Part shown: piece after piece, positions 17,215 through 25,639 of the stretch
Position numbering within the stretch: the first letter of the stretch is position 1
Layout of the letters: each line of letters begins with the position of its first letter
Origin: Actinotalea sp.
Lineage (GTDB): Bacteria; Actinomycetota; Actinomycetes; Actinomycetales; Cellulomonadaceae
Assembly (NCBI RefSeq): GCF_041597215.1
Contig: NZ_JBFHHB010000001.1
Span: forward strand, 1-32,000
DNA length: 32,000 nucleotides
Reading direction: 5' to 3'
Program-made: the position numbers and the translations under genes
The notes under the pieces: generated by a model
The model's database searches: none
The model's input: only the letters and a program-made list of their open reading frames with translations
What the model was told of the DNA's origin: nothing

Positions 17215-18924
17215 ATGATCACGCCCGGCCAGCCCCGCCCGTCCACGCCGATCGACGCCATCGCCGACGCCTGGGTCACGACCCTCGCCCGGCTGGACCC
17301 GATCGCCGCCACCGGGATGGGCATCCCGGGGCACGATCACCGGTGGCCCGACTTCTCCCCCGCCGGGCACGAGGAGATGGCCACGGCGATCCGCGAGGTG
17401 CTCACCGCGCTCGACGCGACGAGCCCCGCTGACGAGATCGACCGGGTGACCGTCGCCGCGATGCGTGAGCGACTCGGCCTGCACCTGGAGCTGCACGAGG
17501 CAGCCGAGCTCATGGGAGAGCTCAACAACATCGCCTCCCCGATCCAGGCGGTGCGCGACAGCTTCGACCTCATGCCCACGGACACCGCTGCGGACTGGGA
17601 GGCGATCGCCTCCCGGCTCGGCGCCCTTCCCCAGGCCGCGGACGGAATCATCGCCTCCCTGCGCGAGGCGGCGTCCCGCGGGCGGGTCGCCGCAGCGCGG
17701 CAGGTGGCCGAGTGCGCTCGCCAGTGCGAGGGCTTCGCGGGCGAGGACTCCTTCTTCACCCCCTTCGTCCGCAGCGCTGCGGTGGACGCGGCCCTCGTCG
17801 GCGCCGAGGACCCCGCCGGCCTCGCGTCCCGTCTCGAGGAGGGCGCGGCGGCGGCCCGCACCGCGTACGCCGACCTCGCGGCCTTCCTGCGCGAGGAGCT
17901 GGCACCCCAGGCGCCGGCGGCGGACGCCTTCGGCCGCGAGCGCTACGCCCTGTGGTCCCGGTACTTCCTCGGCGCGCGCGTCGACCTCGAGGAGACCTAC
18001 GCCTGGGGGCTCGCCGAGCTGGACCGCATCATCGCCGAGCAGGAGGCGGTCGCGGCCCAGGTCGCCGGTGAGGGTGCGAGCATCGCGGAGGCGATCGCCG
18101 TCCTGGACGCCGACCCGTCCCGCCTCCTGGCGGACTCCACCGCCCTTCAGGAGTGGATGCAGCAGACCTCCGACGCCGCCATCGAGGCGCTGGACGGCGT
18201 GCACTTCGACATCCCCGGCCCGGTGCGGACCCTGGAGTGCCGGATCGCCCCGACCCAGAGCGGTGCGATCTACTACACGCAGCCCTCGGACGACTTCTCC
18301 CGGCCCGGCCGCATGTGGTGGTCGGTGCCCAAGGACGTGACGAGCCACACGACCTGGCGTGAGCGGACCACCGTCTACCACGAGGGCGTCCCTGGCCATC
18401 ACCTGCAGATCGCCCAGACCGTCTTCGACCGCGAGCGCCTCAACTCCTGGCGGAGGCTCGCCTGCTGGGTCAGCGGGCACGGCGAGGGCTGGGCCCTGTA
18501 CGCCGAGCGCCTCATGGCGGACCTGGGGTTCCTCGACGACCCGGGCGACCGCCTCGGGATGCTCGACAGCCAGCGCATGCGCGCGGCTCGCGTCGTCTTC
18601 GACATCGGCGTGCACCTGGAGCTGCCGTGCCCCGAGCGCTGGGGCGGCGGGACATGGGACGCGGACAAGGCATGGGACTTCTTCCTGGCGAACGTGGCCA
18701 TGCCGGAGAGCTCCCTGCGGTTCGAGTGGATGCGCTACCTCGGCTGGGCCGGGCAGGCGCCGGCCTACAAGATCGGCCAGCGCCTGTGGGAGCAGTCGCG
18801 CGACGAGGCCCTCGACGCCGCCGAGGCTGCGGGCGGGCAGCGTGACCTCAAGGAGTTCCACCGCCGGGCGCTCGGACTGGGCTCGGTCGGCCTCGACGTC
18901 CTTCGCGAGGCCCTCGCCGGGTAG
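17215..18924 (+). CDS. DUF885-family protein (metallopeptidase-like fold)
   Basis: At 569 aa, its length and the YHEGVPGHHLQ ... GEGWALYAERL block fit DUF885 as I remember it. Confidence 0.8.
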   Translation: MITPGQPRPSTPIDAIADAWVTTLARLDPIAATGMGIPGHDHRWPDFSPAGHEEMATAIREVLTALDATSPADEIDRVTVAAMRERLGLHLELHEAAELMGELNNIASPIQAVRDSFDLMPTDTAADWEAIASRLGALPQAADGIIASLREAASRGRVAAARQVAECARQCEGFAGEDSFFTPFVRSAAVDAALVGAEDPAGLASRLEEGAAAARTAYADLAAFLREELAPQAPAADAFGRERYALWSRYFLGARVDLEETYAWGLAELDRIIAEQEAVAAQVAGEGASIAEAIAVLDADPSRLLADSTALQEWMQQTSDAAIEALDGVHFDIPGPVRTLECRIAPTQSGAIYYTQPSDDFSRPGRMWWSVPKDVTSHTTWRERTTVYHEGVPGHHLQIAQTVFDRERLNSWRRLACWVSGHGEGWALYAERLMADLGFLDDPGDRLGMLDSQRMRAARVVFDIGVHLELPCPERWGGGTWDADKAWDFFLANVAMPESSLRFEWMRYLGWAGQAPAYKIGQRLWEQSRDEALDAAEAAGGQRDLKEFHRRALGLGSVGLDVLREALAG

Positions 18925-18927
18925 CCT
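18922..18927 (+). promoter_or_regulatory. -10-like hexamer TAGCCT, 6 nt upstream of the maf GTG; its TAG is the DUF885 stop codon
   Basis: TAGCCT-gcgccg-GTG. The 9-mer TAGCCTGCG is identical to the one upstream of punA. Confidence 0.4.
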
Positions 18928-18933
18928 GCGCCG

Positions 18934-19611
18934 GTGACCTCGCTGCTGCTCGCCTCCGCCTCCCCCGCCCGCCTCGCGACCCTGCGCTCGGCGGGGTTGG
19001 CACCGTCGGTGCTCGTCTCCGGGGTGGACGAGGACGCCGTCCTGGCCGCGGCGGAGCAGCGCTTCGGCGCGCTCGACCCTGCCGACGCCGTGCTCGTGCT
19101 CGCCAAGGCCAAGGCGGAGGCGGTCGCCGGCCTGCTCGGCCGGCAGGACGAGGCGGACCCCGAGCTCCCGGACGAGGTGATCGTGCTCGGCTGCGACTCC
19201 TTGCTCGAGCTGGACGGTGCGGCGTTCGGCAAGCCGCGCGATGCCGCCGAGGCCGCCGCGCGCTGGCGCACCATGCGGGGCCGCTCGGGAGTGCTGCACA
19301 CGGGGCACTGGATCGTCGACGCCCGGGCCGACGGCGTCGCCACCCTCGGGGCGACCGCCTCGACGACTGTCCACTTCGCCGACCTGTCCGACGCGGAGGT
19401 CGACGCCTACGTCGCGACGGGTGAGCCCCTCGCGGTCGCCGGCGCATTCACCGTCGACGGCATCGGCGGCCCGTTCGTCACGGGGATCGACGGCGACTAC
19501 CACAACGTCGTCGGCGTGAGCCTCCCGCTGCTGCGCGAGCTCTTGGCCGAGGTCGGCGTGTCGATCACGGACCTCTGGCGGGCCTCCGGCCCCGACGCGC
19601 CTACCGGATGA
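18934..19611 (+). CDS. maf: Maf-like nucleoside triphosphate pyrophosphatase
   Basis: 225 aa with N-terminal LLLASASPARLATLRSAG and GAFTVDGIGGPF, both typical of the Maf family. Confidence 0.9.
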   Translation: MTSLLLASASPARLATLRSAGLAPSVLVSGVDEDAVLAAAEQRFGALDPADAVLVLAKAKAEAVAGLLGRQDEADPELPDEVIVLGCDSLLELDGAAFGKPRDAAEAAARWRTMRGRSGVLHTGHWIVDARADGVATLGATASTTVHFADLSDAEVDAYVATGEPLAVAGAFTVDGIGGPFVTGIDGDYHNVVGVSLPLLRELLAEVGVSITDLWRASGPDAPTG

Positions 19612-19634
19612 CGACAAAGCGCGCCCGTGTCGTC
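19610..19634 (+). terminator. weak hairpin GACGACA-N11-TGTCGTC at the maf stop
   Basis: 7-bp stem with an 11-nt loop, followed by TTGTCG. It includes the maf TGA. It is plausible as a terminator but weak. Confidence 0.3.
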
Positions 19635-19699
19635 TTGTCGATAGGCACAGTCTTGAGCCGGCGGGGGTGCCGGGGGTGAGCCGAGAGGCCCCCTGACGT

Positions 19700-19705
19700 T
19701 ACGGT
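19700..19705 (+). promoter_or_regulatory. -10-like hexamer TACGGT, 5 nt upstream of the accA3 GTG (candidate leaderless or very short leader)
   Basis: TACGGT-gagcc-GTG, with no Shine-Dalgarno sequence. Confidence 0.4.
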
Positions 19706-19710
19706 GAGCC

Positions 19711-21501
19711 GTGCCCGACATCCGCAAGGTCCTCATCGCCAACCGTGGTGAGATCGCCGTCCGTATCGCCAGGGCCTGCGCCGACGCCGGGATGACCAGC
19801 GTCGCCGTCTACGCCGACTCCGACCGCGAGGCCCTGCACGTGCGGCTCGCCGACGAGGCCTACGCGCTCGGCGGCCAACGCGCAGCCGAGACCTACCTCG
19901 CGATCGACAAGATCATCGACGCCGCACGGCGCTCCGGTGCGGACGCGATCCACCCCGGGTACGGCTTCCTCGCCGAGAACGCCGAGTTCGCGCAGACCGT
20001 GATCGACGCCGGTCTCGTCTGGATCGGCCCGCCGCCCGCGGCGATCGAGGCCCTCGGCGACAAGGTGAGCGCGCGGCACATCGCCCAGCGCGCCGGCGCG
20101 CCGCTCGCCGCAGGAACCGCCGACCCCGTCTCGGGTGTCGCGGAGATCGAGGAGTTCGTCGCCGAGTTCGGGCTGCCGATCGTGATCAAGGCAGCGTTCG
20201 GCGGTGGCGGCAGGGGGATGAAGGTCGTGCGCGAGCACGACGAGATCGCCGAGCTCTACGAGTCCGCCGTCCGCGAGGCCGTCGCGGCCTTCGGACGTGG
20301 CGAGTGCTTCGTCGAGCGGTACCTCGACTCGCCCCGGCACGTCGAGACGCAGTGCCTCGCCGACGAGCACGGCGGAGCCGTCGTGGTCTCGACCCGCGAC
20401 TGCTCCCTGCAGCGTCGCCACCAGAAGCTCGTCGAGGAGGCACCTGCGCCGTTCCTCACACCGGCCCAGGAGCAGCTCCTGCGGGAGGCCTCCGTCGCGA
20501 TCCTGCGCGAGGCCGGCTACGTCGGCGCCGGCACCTGCGAGTTCCTCATCGGGCTCGACGGCACGGTCTCGTTCCTCGAGGTCAACACCCGGCTCCAGGT
20601 CGAGCACCCGGTGACCGAGGAGGTGACCGGGATCGACCTCGTGCGTGAGCAGCTGAGGATCGCCGCGGGCGAGCCCCTCGGGTACACCGAGGTGGCGACC
20701 CGCGGGCACTCGATCGAGTTCCGGCTCAACGGGGAGGACCCGTCCGCCGGCTTCCTGCCGATGCCCGGCACCATCACCCGCTTGCGTTTCCCCTCCGGAC
20801 CCGGGGTGCGCGTGGACAGCGGCGTCACCGAGGGCGACACGGTCTCCGGCGCCTTCGACTCGATGATCGCCAAGCTCGTCGTCACCGGTGCCGACCGCAC
20901 CCAGGCCGTCGAGCGGGCCCGTCGCGCGCTCGCCGAGCTCGAGATCGCCGGCATCCCGACGGTCGTGCCGTTCCACCGCGCCGTGCTGCGGTCCCCCGAC
21001 TTCGTGCCCGCGGACCCGGCCCAGCCCTTCGCCGTGCACACCCGCTGGATCGAGACGACGTTCGCCGACACGCTCGCGGGCCTCGACCGCTCCCCTGCCC
21101 CCTCGCCCGTGGCCGAGGAGGCGGCCGCGCCGGCCGGGACGACCGAGCGCGTGGTGGTCGAGGTGGGCGGCAAGCGGATCGAGGTCGTCCTTCCCGCCGG
21201 CCTCGGGCTGATCCCCGGCCGTGGGCGTCCCGGGGCACCTGTCCGCCCCCAGCGTGCCCGCCGCGGTCCGGTCCGTGCGGTCAGCGGGACGACGCTCACG
21301 ACCCCCATGCAGGGCACGATCGTCAAGGTCGCCGTCGTCGAGGGCGCCGTCGTCGCCGAGGGCGATCTCGTCGTGGTGCTCGAGGCGATGAAGATGGAGC
21401 AGCCGCTGGTGGCCCACCGGTCGGGAACCGTGCAGGGGCTGGCCGCAGCTGTCGGCGTCGGGGTCACGGCCGGGAGCGCCATCTGCGAGATCGTCGACTG
21501 A
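19711..21501 (+). CDS. accA3: acetyl/propionyl-CoA carboxylase alpha subunit (biotin carboxylase + BCCP domains)
   Basis: 596 aa with [13 protein letters not shown], the ATP-grasp core, and the C-terminal biotinylation motif EAMKME. Confidence 0.95.
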   Translation: MPDIRKVLIANRGEIAVRIARACADAGMTSVAVYADSDREALHVRLADEAYALGGQRAAETYLAIDKIIDAARRSGADAIHPGYGFLAENAEFAQTVIDAGLVWIGPPPAAIEALGDKVSARHIAQRAGAPLAAGTADPVSGVAEIEEFVAEFGLPIVIKAAFGGGGRGMKVVREHDEIAELYESAVREAVAAFGRGECFVERYLDSPRHVETQCLADEHGGAVVVSTRDCSLQRRHQKLVEEAPAPFLTPAQEQLLREASVAILREAGYVGAGTCEFLIGLDGTVSFLEVNTRLQVEHPVTEEVTGIDLVREQLRIAAGEPLGYTEVATRGHSIEFRLNGEDPSAGFLPMPGTITRLRFPSGPGVRVDSGVTEGDTVSGAFDSMIAKLVVTGADRTQAVERARRALAELEIAGIPTVVPFHRAVLRSPDFVPADPAQPFAVHTRWIETTFADTLAGLDRSPAPSPVAEEAAAPAGTTERVVVEVGGKRIEVVLPAGLGLIPGRGRPGAPVRPQRARRGPVRAVSGTTLTTPMQGTIVKVAVVEGAVVAEGDLVVVLEAMKMEQPLVAHRSGTVQGLAAAVGVGVTAGSAICEIVD

Positions 21502-21509
21502 GCGGCCGC

Positions 21510-21989
21510 ATGACGCACCGCCGGGCTCCTCAGCCGGGTGACGGATGGCTGGAGTGCGCCTGCGGCCGCCGGCACTGGGGTCTGCACGGCGCCGCGGGAC
21601 TGCTGCTCGCCAGGAGCACCGGGAGCGGGCACGAGGTGGTCCTGCAGCACCGCGCTCCGTGGAGCGATCAGGGCGGCACCTGGGGCGTCCCCGGAGGGGC
21701 CCGGATGCCCCACGAGAGCGCGGTCGACGCGGCCCTGCGCGAGTCGGCGGAGGAAGCGGGGATCGACCCGAGCGGGGTCGAGGTCGTCTCGACGACGGTG
21801 CTCGACCACGGATCGTGGAGCTACACGACCGTGCTCGCCCGCGCCGTGGCCGACCAGGACCCGAGGCCGACGGATCCCGAGAGCCTGGAGATCCGCTGGG
21901 TCGACACGGCGCAGGTGACCGGACTCCCGCTCCTCGGCGCCTTCGGCGACGCCTGGCCGGGGTTGCGCGCCGCCGTCGAAGAGCTCTGA
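21510..21989 (+). CDS. NUDIX hydrolase
   Basis: 159 aa with a NUDIX box, GGARMPHESAVDAALRESAEEAGI (Gx5Ex7REUxEExGU). It starts 8 nt after the accA3 stop. Confidence 0.85.
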   Translation: MTHRRAPQPGDGWLECACGRRHWGLHGAAGLLLARSTGSGHEVVLQHRAPWSDQGGTWGVPGGARMPHESAVDAALRESAEEAGIDPSGVEVVSTTVLDHGSWSYTTVLARAVADQDPRPTDPESLEIRWVDTAQVTGLPLLGAFGDAWPGLRAAVEEL

Positions 21990-22014
21990 GCGTTCTCCCG
22001 ATCCGGACCGCGGA

Positions 22015-22042
22015 TTGACAGCGCCCGTCCGTCCGCTACTCT
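22015..22042 (+). promoter_or_regulatory. sigma-70-like promoter for efeUOB: TTGACA (22015-22020), 16-nt spacer, TACTCT (22037-22042)
   Basis: The hexamers and spacing were read directly from the sequence, in the 92-nt gap upstream of efeU. Confidence 0.55.
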
Positions 22043-22049
22043 CGCCGAG

Positions 22050-22068
22050 TTAGGTAAGGCATACCTCA
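22050..22068 (+). promoter_or_regulatory. IdeR/DtxR-type iron box TTAGGTAAGGCATACCTCA
   Basis: It matches 15 of 19 positions of the remembered consensus TTAGGTTAGGCTAACCTAA. It lies immediately downstream of the -10, around the predicted transcription start, and upstream of the GGAGAG RBS of an iron-uptake operon. Confidence 0.6.
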
Positions 22069-22081
22069 CTTCTGGAGAGAC

Positions 22082-22933
22082 ATGGTCGCCAACTTCCTCA
22101 TCGGTCTTCGCGAGGGACTGGAAGCCGCGCTCGTCGTCGGCATCCTCGTCGCGTACCTGGTGCGGACCGGGCGTCGTGAGCTCCTCCCCCAGGTCTGGCT
22201 CGGCGTCGGAGCCGCTGTCGGCGCCTCGCTGGCCGTCGGGGCCCTGCTCACCTTCGGGCCCCAGGGCCTGTCCTTCCGGGCCCAGGAGGCGATCGGCGGC
22301 AGCCTCTCCCTCCTCGCCGTCGGCCTCGTGACCTGGATGATCTTCTGGATGGCCCGGACCGCCCGGCACCTGCGCGCCGACCTCACCGGACGGCTCGGCG
22401 ACGCGGTCGCCGCAGGCCGGTGGGCCGTCCTGGTCATGGCCCTGCTGGCCGTCGGTCGCGAAGGGCTCGAGACGGCCCTGTTCCTGTGGGCGGCAGCCCA
22501 GGCGACCGGCTCGACGACCTCACCCCTCCTGGGCGCGGGGCTCGGACTGGCGACGGCGAGCGTCGTGGGCTGGGCGCTGTACCGCGGTGCGATCCGGCTC
22601 GACCTCCGGTCCTTCTTCGCGTGGTCCGGGCTGGGCCTCGTCCTCATCTCGGCGGGTGTCCTGGCCTACGGGATCCACGACCTCCAGGAGGCCGCCCTCC
22701 TCCCGGGCCTGCACTCGCTCGCCTTCGACGTCTCCGCAGCGGTCCCGCCCAGCAGCTGGTACGCGACCCTGCTCAAGGGCACGGTGAACTTCACTCCCGC
22801 CACCACCTGGCTCCAGGCCATCGCCTGGGTCGCGTACACCGTCCCGGTGACGGTGCTCTACGTGCGCCAGGTCTGGCCGCGCAGCCGCCCGGCCACCCGC
22901 GCCCGGTTCGAGCGCACGCCCGCGACCGTCTGA
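22082..22933 (+). CDS. efeU: FTR1/EfeU-family high-affinity iron permease
   Basis: 283-aa membrane protein with two REGLE motifs (LREGLEAAL and GREGLETAL). Confidence 0.92.
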   Translation: MVANFLIGLREGLEAALVVGILVAYLVRTGRRELLPQVWLGVGAAVGASLAVGALLTFGPQGLSFRAQEAIGGSLSLLAVGLVTWMIFWMARTARHLRADLTGRLGDAVAAGRWAVLVMALLAVGREGLETALFLWAAAQATGSTTSPLLGAGLGLATASVVGWALYRGAIRLDLRSFFAWSGLGLVLISAGVLAYGIHDLQEAALLPGLHSLAFDVSAAVPPSSWYATLLKGTVNFTPATTWLQAIAWVAYTVPVTVLYVRQVWPRSRPATRARFERTPATV

Positions 22934-22997
22934 ACCCGGCCGGCCCGGCCGGCCCTGCGCCACCCTCACCACCCCACCTCACGCCAAGGAGCCCTCC

Positions 22998-24227
22998 GTG
23001 GTCCCCGCACGCCCTGCCCTCGCCCGCCCCGCCGACCCCCGCACCTCCCGTCCCGGCCGCGGCCTCGCCGCCCTCGGCCTCGCCGGCCTGCTCGGCGCGA
23101 CCGGTTGCGTGGCCAACGAGCCGGACGGTGCCGCCGCCCTGAGCGTGGACTCCTCCGCCACGGCCTGCACCGTCTCGTCACCCGAGGCGCCCTCCGGGAC
23201 GATCACCTTCTCCGTCACCAACACGGGCTCCGAGGTCACCGAGTTCTACCTGCTCGCCGACGACCGGCTCCGCGTCGTCTCCGAGGTCGAGAACATCGGC
23301 CCAGGGCTCACGCGCGACCTCGTGGTGCAGGTCCCGGCCGGGACGTACTGGACCGCCTGCAAGCCGGGGATGGTCGGCGAGGGCATCCAGTCGGAGTTCA
23401 CCGTCACCGACTCCGGAGAGGCGGTGGGCGCCACCGGCGCCGTCGCCGAGCAGCTGGCCGAGGCAGAGGCGTCCTACGTCGCCTACGTCAAGGACCAGGT
23501 CAGCAGCCTCGTCGCGGGAACCCAGGCCTTCGCCGACGCGTACGCCTCGGGGGACGACGACACGGCCCGCTCGCTCTACGCGGCCACCCGGGTGCACTGG
23601 GAGCGCGTGGAGCCCGTCGCGGAGTCGTTCGGCGACCTCGACCCGCTGCTCGACGCCCGCGAGGCCGATCTCGCCGACGGCGAGGAGTGGAGCGGCTGGC
23701 ACTACGTCGAGAAGGACCTGTGGCCCCCGGCCGCCGAGGCGAACGGCGGTGTGGAGTACCACGCCCTGACCTCCGACGAGCGCACGGCCGCCGCAGCCGA
23801 CCTGGTCGCGTACACGGACCGGCTCAGCGAGGCGGTGACCGACGAGAGCTTCACCTTCGCTGCCTTCCAGATCTCCAACGGCGCCAAGGAGCTCCTCGAC
23901 GAGGTCGCCACGGGGAAGATCACCGGGGAGGAGGAGATCTGGTCCCACACCGACCTGTGGGACGTGGCGGCGAACGTCGACGGCGCCTCGGTCGCGCTGG
24001 GCGTGCTGCGCGAGGTGGCCACGGCACGCGACCCCGAGCTCGTCGCCGAGCTCGACGCCCGGTTCGAGGCGCTGGGCGCCCTCCTGGCCCAGCACGGCTC
24101 CTACGAGGAGGGCTTCACCCCCTACGACGAGCTGTCCACGGCGGAGGTCACGGATCTCGCCGCAGCGGTGGACGCCGTCGGCGAGCCGCTCTCCCGGTTG
24201 ACCGCCACGATCACCAGCGCGGCCTGA
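22998..24227 (+). CDS. efeO: iron uptake component EfeO (cupredoxin-like N-domain + imelysin/M75 domain), probable lipoprotein
   Basis: GTG start with AAGGAG 6 nt upstream. The signal peptide ends LLGATGC (lipobox-like). The N-domain contains ITFSVTNTGSEVTEFYL...GTYWTACKPGM, and the M75 region contains HWERVEP (HxxE). Confidence 0.88.
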   Translation: MVPARPALARPADPRTSRPGRGLAALGLAGLLGATGCVANEPDGAAALSVDSSATACTVSSPEAPSGTITFSVTNTGSEVTEFYLLADDRLRVVSEVENIGPGLTRDLVVQVPAGTYWTACKPGMVGEGIQSEFTVTDSGEAVGATGAVAEQLAEAEASYVAYVKDQVSSLVAGTQAFADAYASGDDDTARSLYAATRVHWERVEPVAESFGDLDPLLDAREADLADGEEWSGWHYVEKDLWPPAAEANGGVEYHALTSDERTAAAADLVAYTDRLSEAVTDESFTFAAFQISNGAKELLDEVATGKITGEEEIWSHTDLWDVAANVDGASVALGVLREVATARDPELVAELDARFEALGALLAQHGSYEEGFTPYDELSTAEVTDLAAAVDAVGEPLSRLTATITSAA

Positions 24228-24230
24228 GCG

Positions 24231-25601
24231 ATGGGACGACGGCAGGACACCGTCCCGGCACAGGACGACCGGGGACCCGAGGGCCTGTCCCGCCGTGCCG
24301 TGCTCGGCATCGCGGGCGGGGGGCTCGCGGCGGCAGGCCTCGCGGGTGCCGCCGGGTTCGGTGCCGGCCGGGTGACGACGCCCGAACCGAGCCTCGTCGC
24401 GGAACGCCGCACCTACCCGTTCACCGGCGCCCACCAGGCCGGGATCGTCACCCCGGCGCAGGACCGCATGTACCTCGCGGCCTTCGACCTCACGACCACG
24501 AGCCGAGAGGAGGTCATCGGACTGCTGAGGACCTGGACCACGATGGCGGCCCGGCTCACCCAGGGCCTGTCCGCCGGGCCGTACGGCTTCGCCGGTGGCC
24601 CGTACGACGCCCCGCCGGACGACACGGGTGAGGCCGCCGACCTCCCGGTCGCCGGGCTCACGATCACCGTCGGGTTCGGCCGGTCCCTCTTCGTGGGGGC
24701 CGACGGCTCGACGGACCGCTTCGGGCTGGCCGGTCGGTTGCCCGCCGCGCTCGTCGCGTTGCCGCACTTCTCCGGGGACGACCTCGACCCCGCGAGGAGC
24801 GAGGGCGACCTGCTCGTCCAGGCGTGCACCGACGACGCCCAGGTCGCGGTCCATGCGATCCGGAACCTCTCCCGGGCCGCGTTCGGCACGGCGAGGATCC
24901 GGTGGACACAGCTCGGCTACGGGCGGACCTCGTCCACCTCGACGGCGCAGACCACTCCGCGCAACCTCTTCGGCTTCAAGGACGGCACCGCGAACCTCAA
25001 GGCGGAGGAGACCGATGCGCTGGACGAGCACGTGTGGGTGCAGCCGCAGGATGCCGCGGAGACCACCGGGACGGACTCCACGTGGATGGTCGGCGGGAGC
25101 TACGTGGCCGGCCGTCGCATCCGGATGACGATCGAGACATGGGACCGCACCTCCCTGCGCGAGCAGGAGGCCGTCATCGGCAGGGACAAGGCCGAGGGAG
25201 CCCCGCTCTCGGGCGGGACGGAGCACAGCGAGCCCGACTTCTCCCTCGCGGGACGTGGTGGCATCCCGCTGATCGACCCGAGCTCGCACGTCCGCCTCGC
25301 CCACCCGAGCAGCCACGGCGGTGCCCGCATGCTGCGCCGCGGGTACACCTTCACCGACGGGAACGACGCGCTCGGTCGTCTCGACGCCGGCCTGTACTTC
25401 CTTGCCTATGTCCGCGATCCCCGCACCGGGTTCATCCCCGTGCAGACCGCTCTCGCGAACGACGACCTGCTCTCGGAGTACCTGGTCCACACGGGGTCCG
25501 TGCTGGCCGCCGTCCCGCCGGGCGTCCCTGACGGCGCGCTCGCAGCCGACGGCTCCCTGCTCGACCCGTCGGTCCACCTCGGCGCCGGCCTCTTCTCCTG
25601 A
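24231..25601 (+). CDS. efeB: Dyp-type peroxidase / deferrochelatase EfeB with Tat signal
   Basis: Twin-arginine motif SRRAVLGIAGGG, DyP motif FGFKDGTAN (GxxDG) and proximal His region SHVRLAHP. It starts 3 nt after the efeO stop. Confidence 0.92.
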   Translation: MGRRQDTVPAQDDRGPEGLSRRAVLGIAGGGLAAAGLAGAAGFGAGRVTTPEPSLVAERRTYPFTGAHQAGIVTPAQDRMYLAAFDLTTTSREEVIGLLRTWTTMAARLTQGLSAGPYGFAGGPYDAPPDDTGEAADLPVAGLTITVGFGRSLFVGADGSTDRFGLAGRLPAALVALPHFSGDDLDPARSEGDLLVQACTDDAQVAVHAIRNLSRAAFGTARIRWTQLGYGRTSSTSTAQTTPRNLFGFKDGTANLKAEETDALDEHVWVQPQDAAETTGTDSTWMVGGSYVAGRRIRMTIETWDRTSLREQEAVIGRDKAEGAPLSGGTEHSEPDFSLAGRGGIPLIDPSSHVRLAHPSSHGGARMLRRGYTFTDGNDALGRLDAGLYFLAYVRDPRTGFIPVQTALANDDLLSEYLVHTGSVLAAVPPGVPDGALAADGSLLDPSVHLGAGLFS

Positions 25602-25639
25602 GCTTCCCTCGCCCGGAGCGCGACCCCTGGGCGGCCGGC

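Noticed and set aside
16840-19617. A 925-aa ORF on the minus strand. The same applies to similar long shadow ORFs, for example 93-1859, 4936-6720, 19699-21417, 23178-25577 and 27847-29742.
   Set aside because: All are antisense to, or frame-shifted over, genes with strong homology signatures. They have no motifs and are Arg/Pro/Gly-rich. They are treated as high-GC artefacts.
22936-22955. Self-complementary CCGGCCGGCCCGGCCGGCCC tract between efeU and efeO, considered as a possible intercistronic attenuator or repeat element.
   Set aside because: It is a simple CCGG/GGCC low-complexity sequence. The stem would have an implausibly small loop, and efeO has its own good RBS immediately after it. 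It is probably without specific function.
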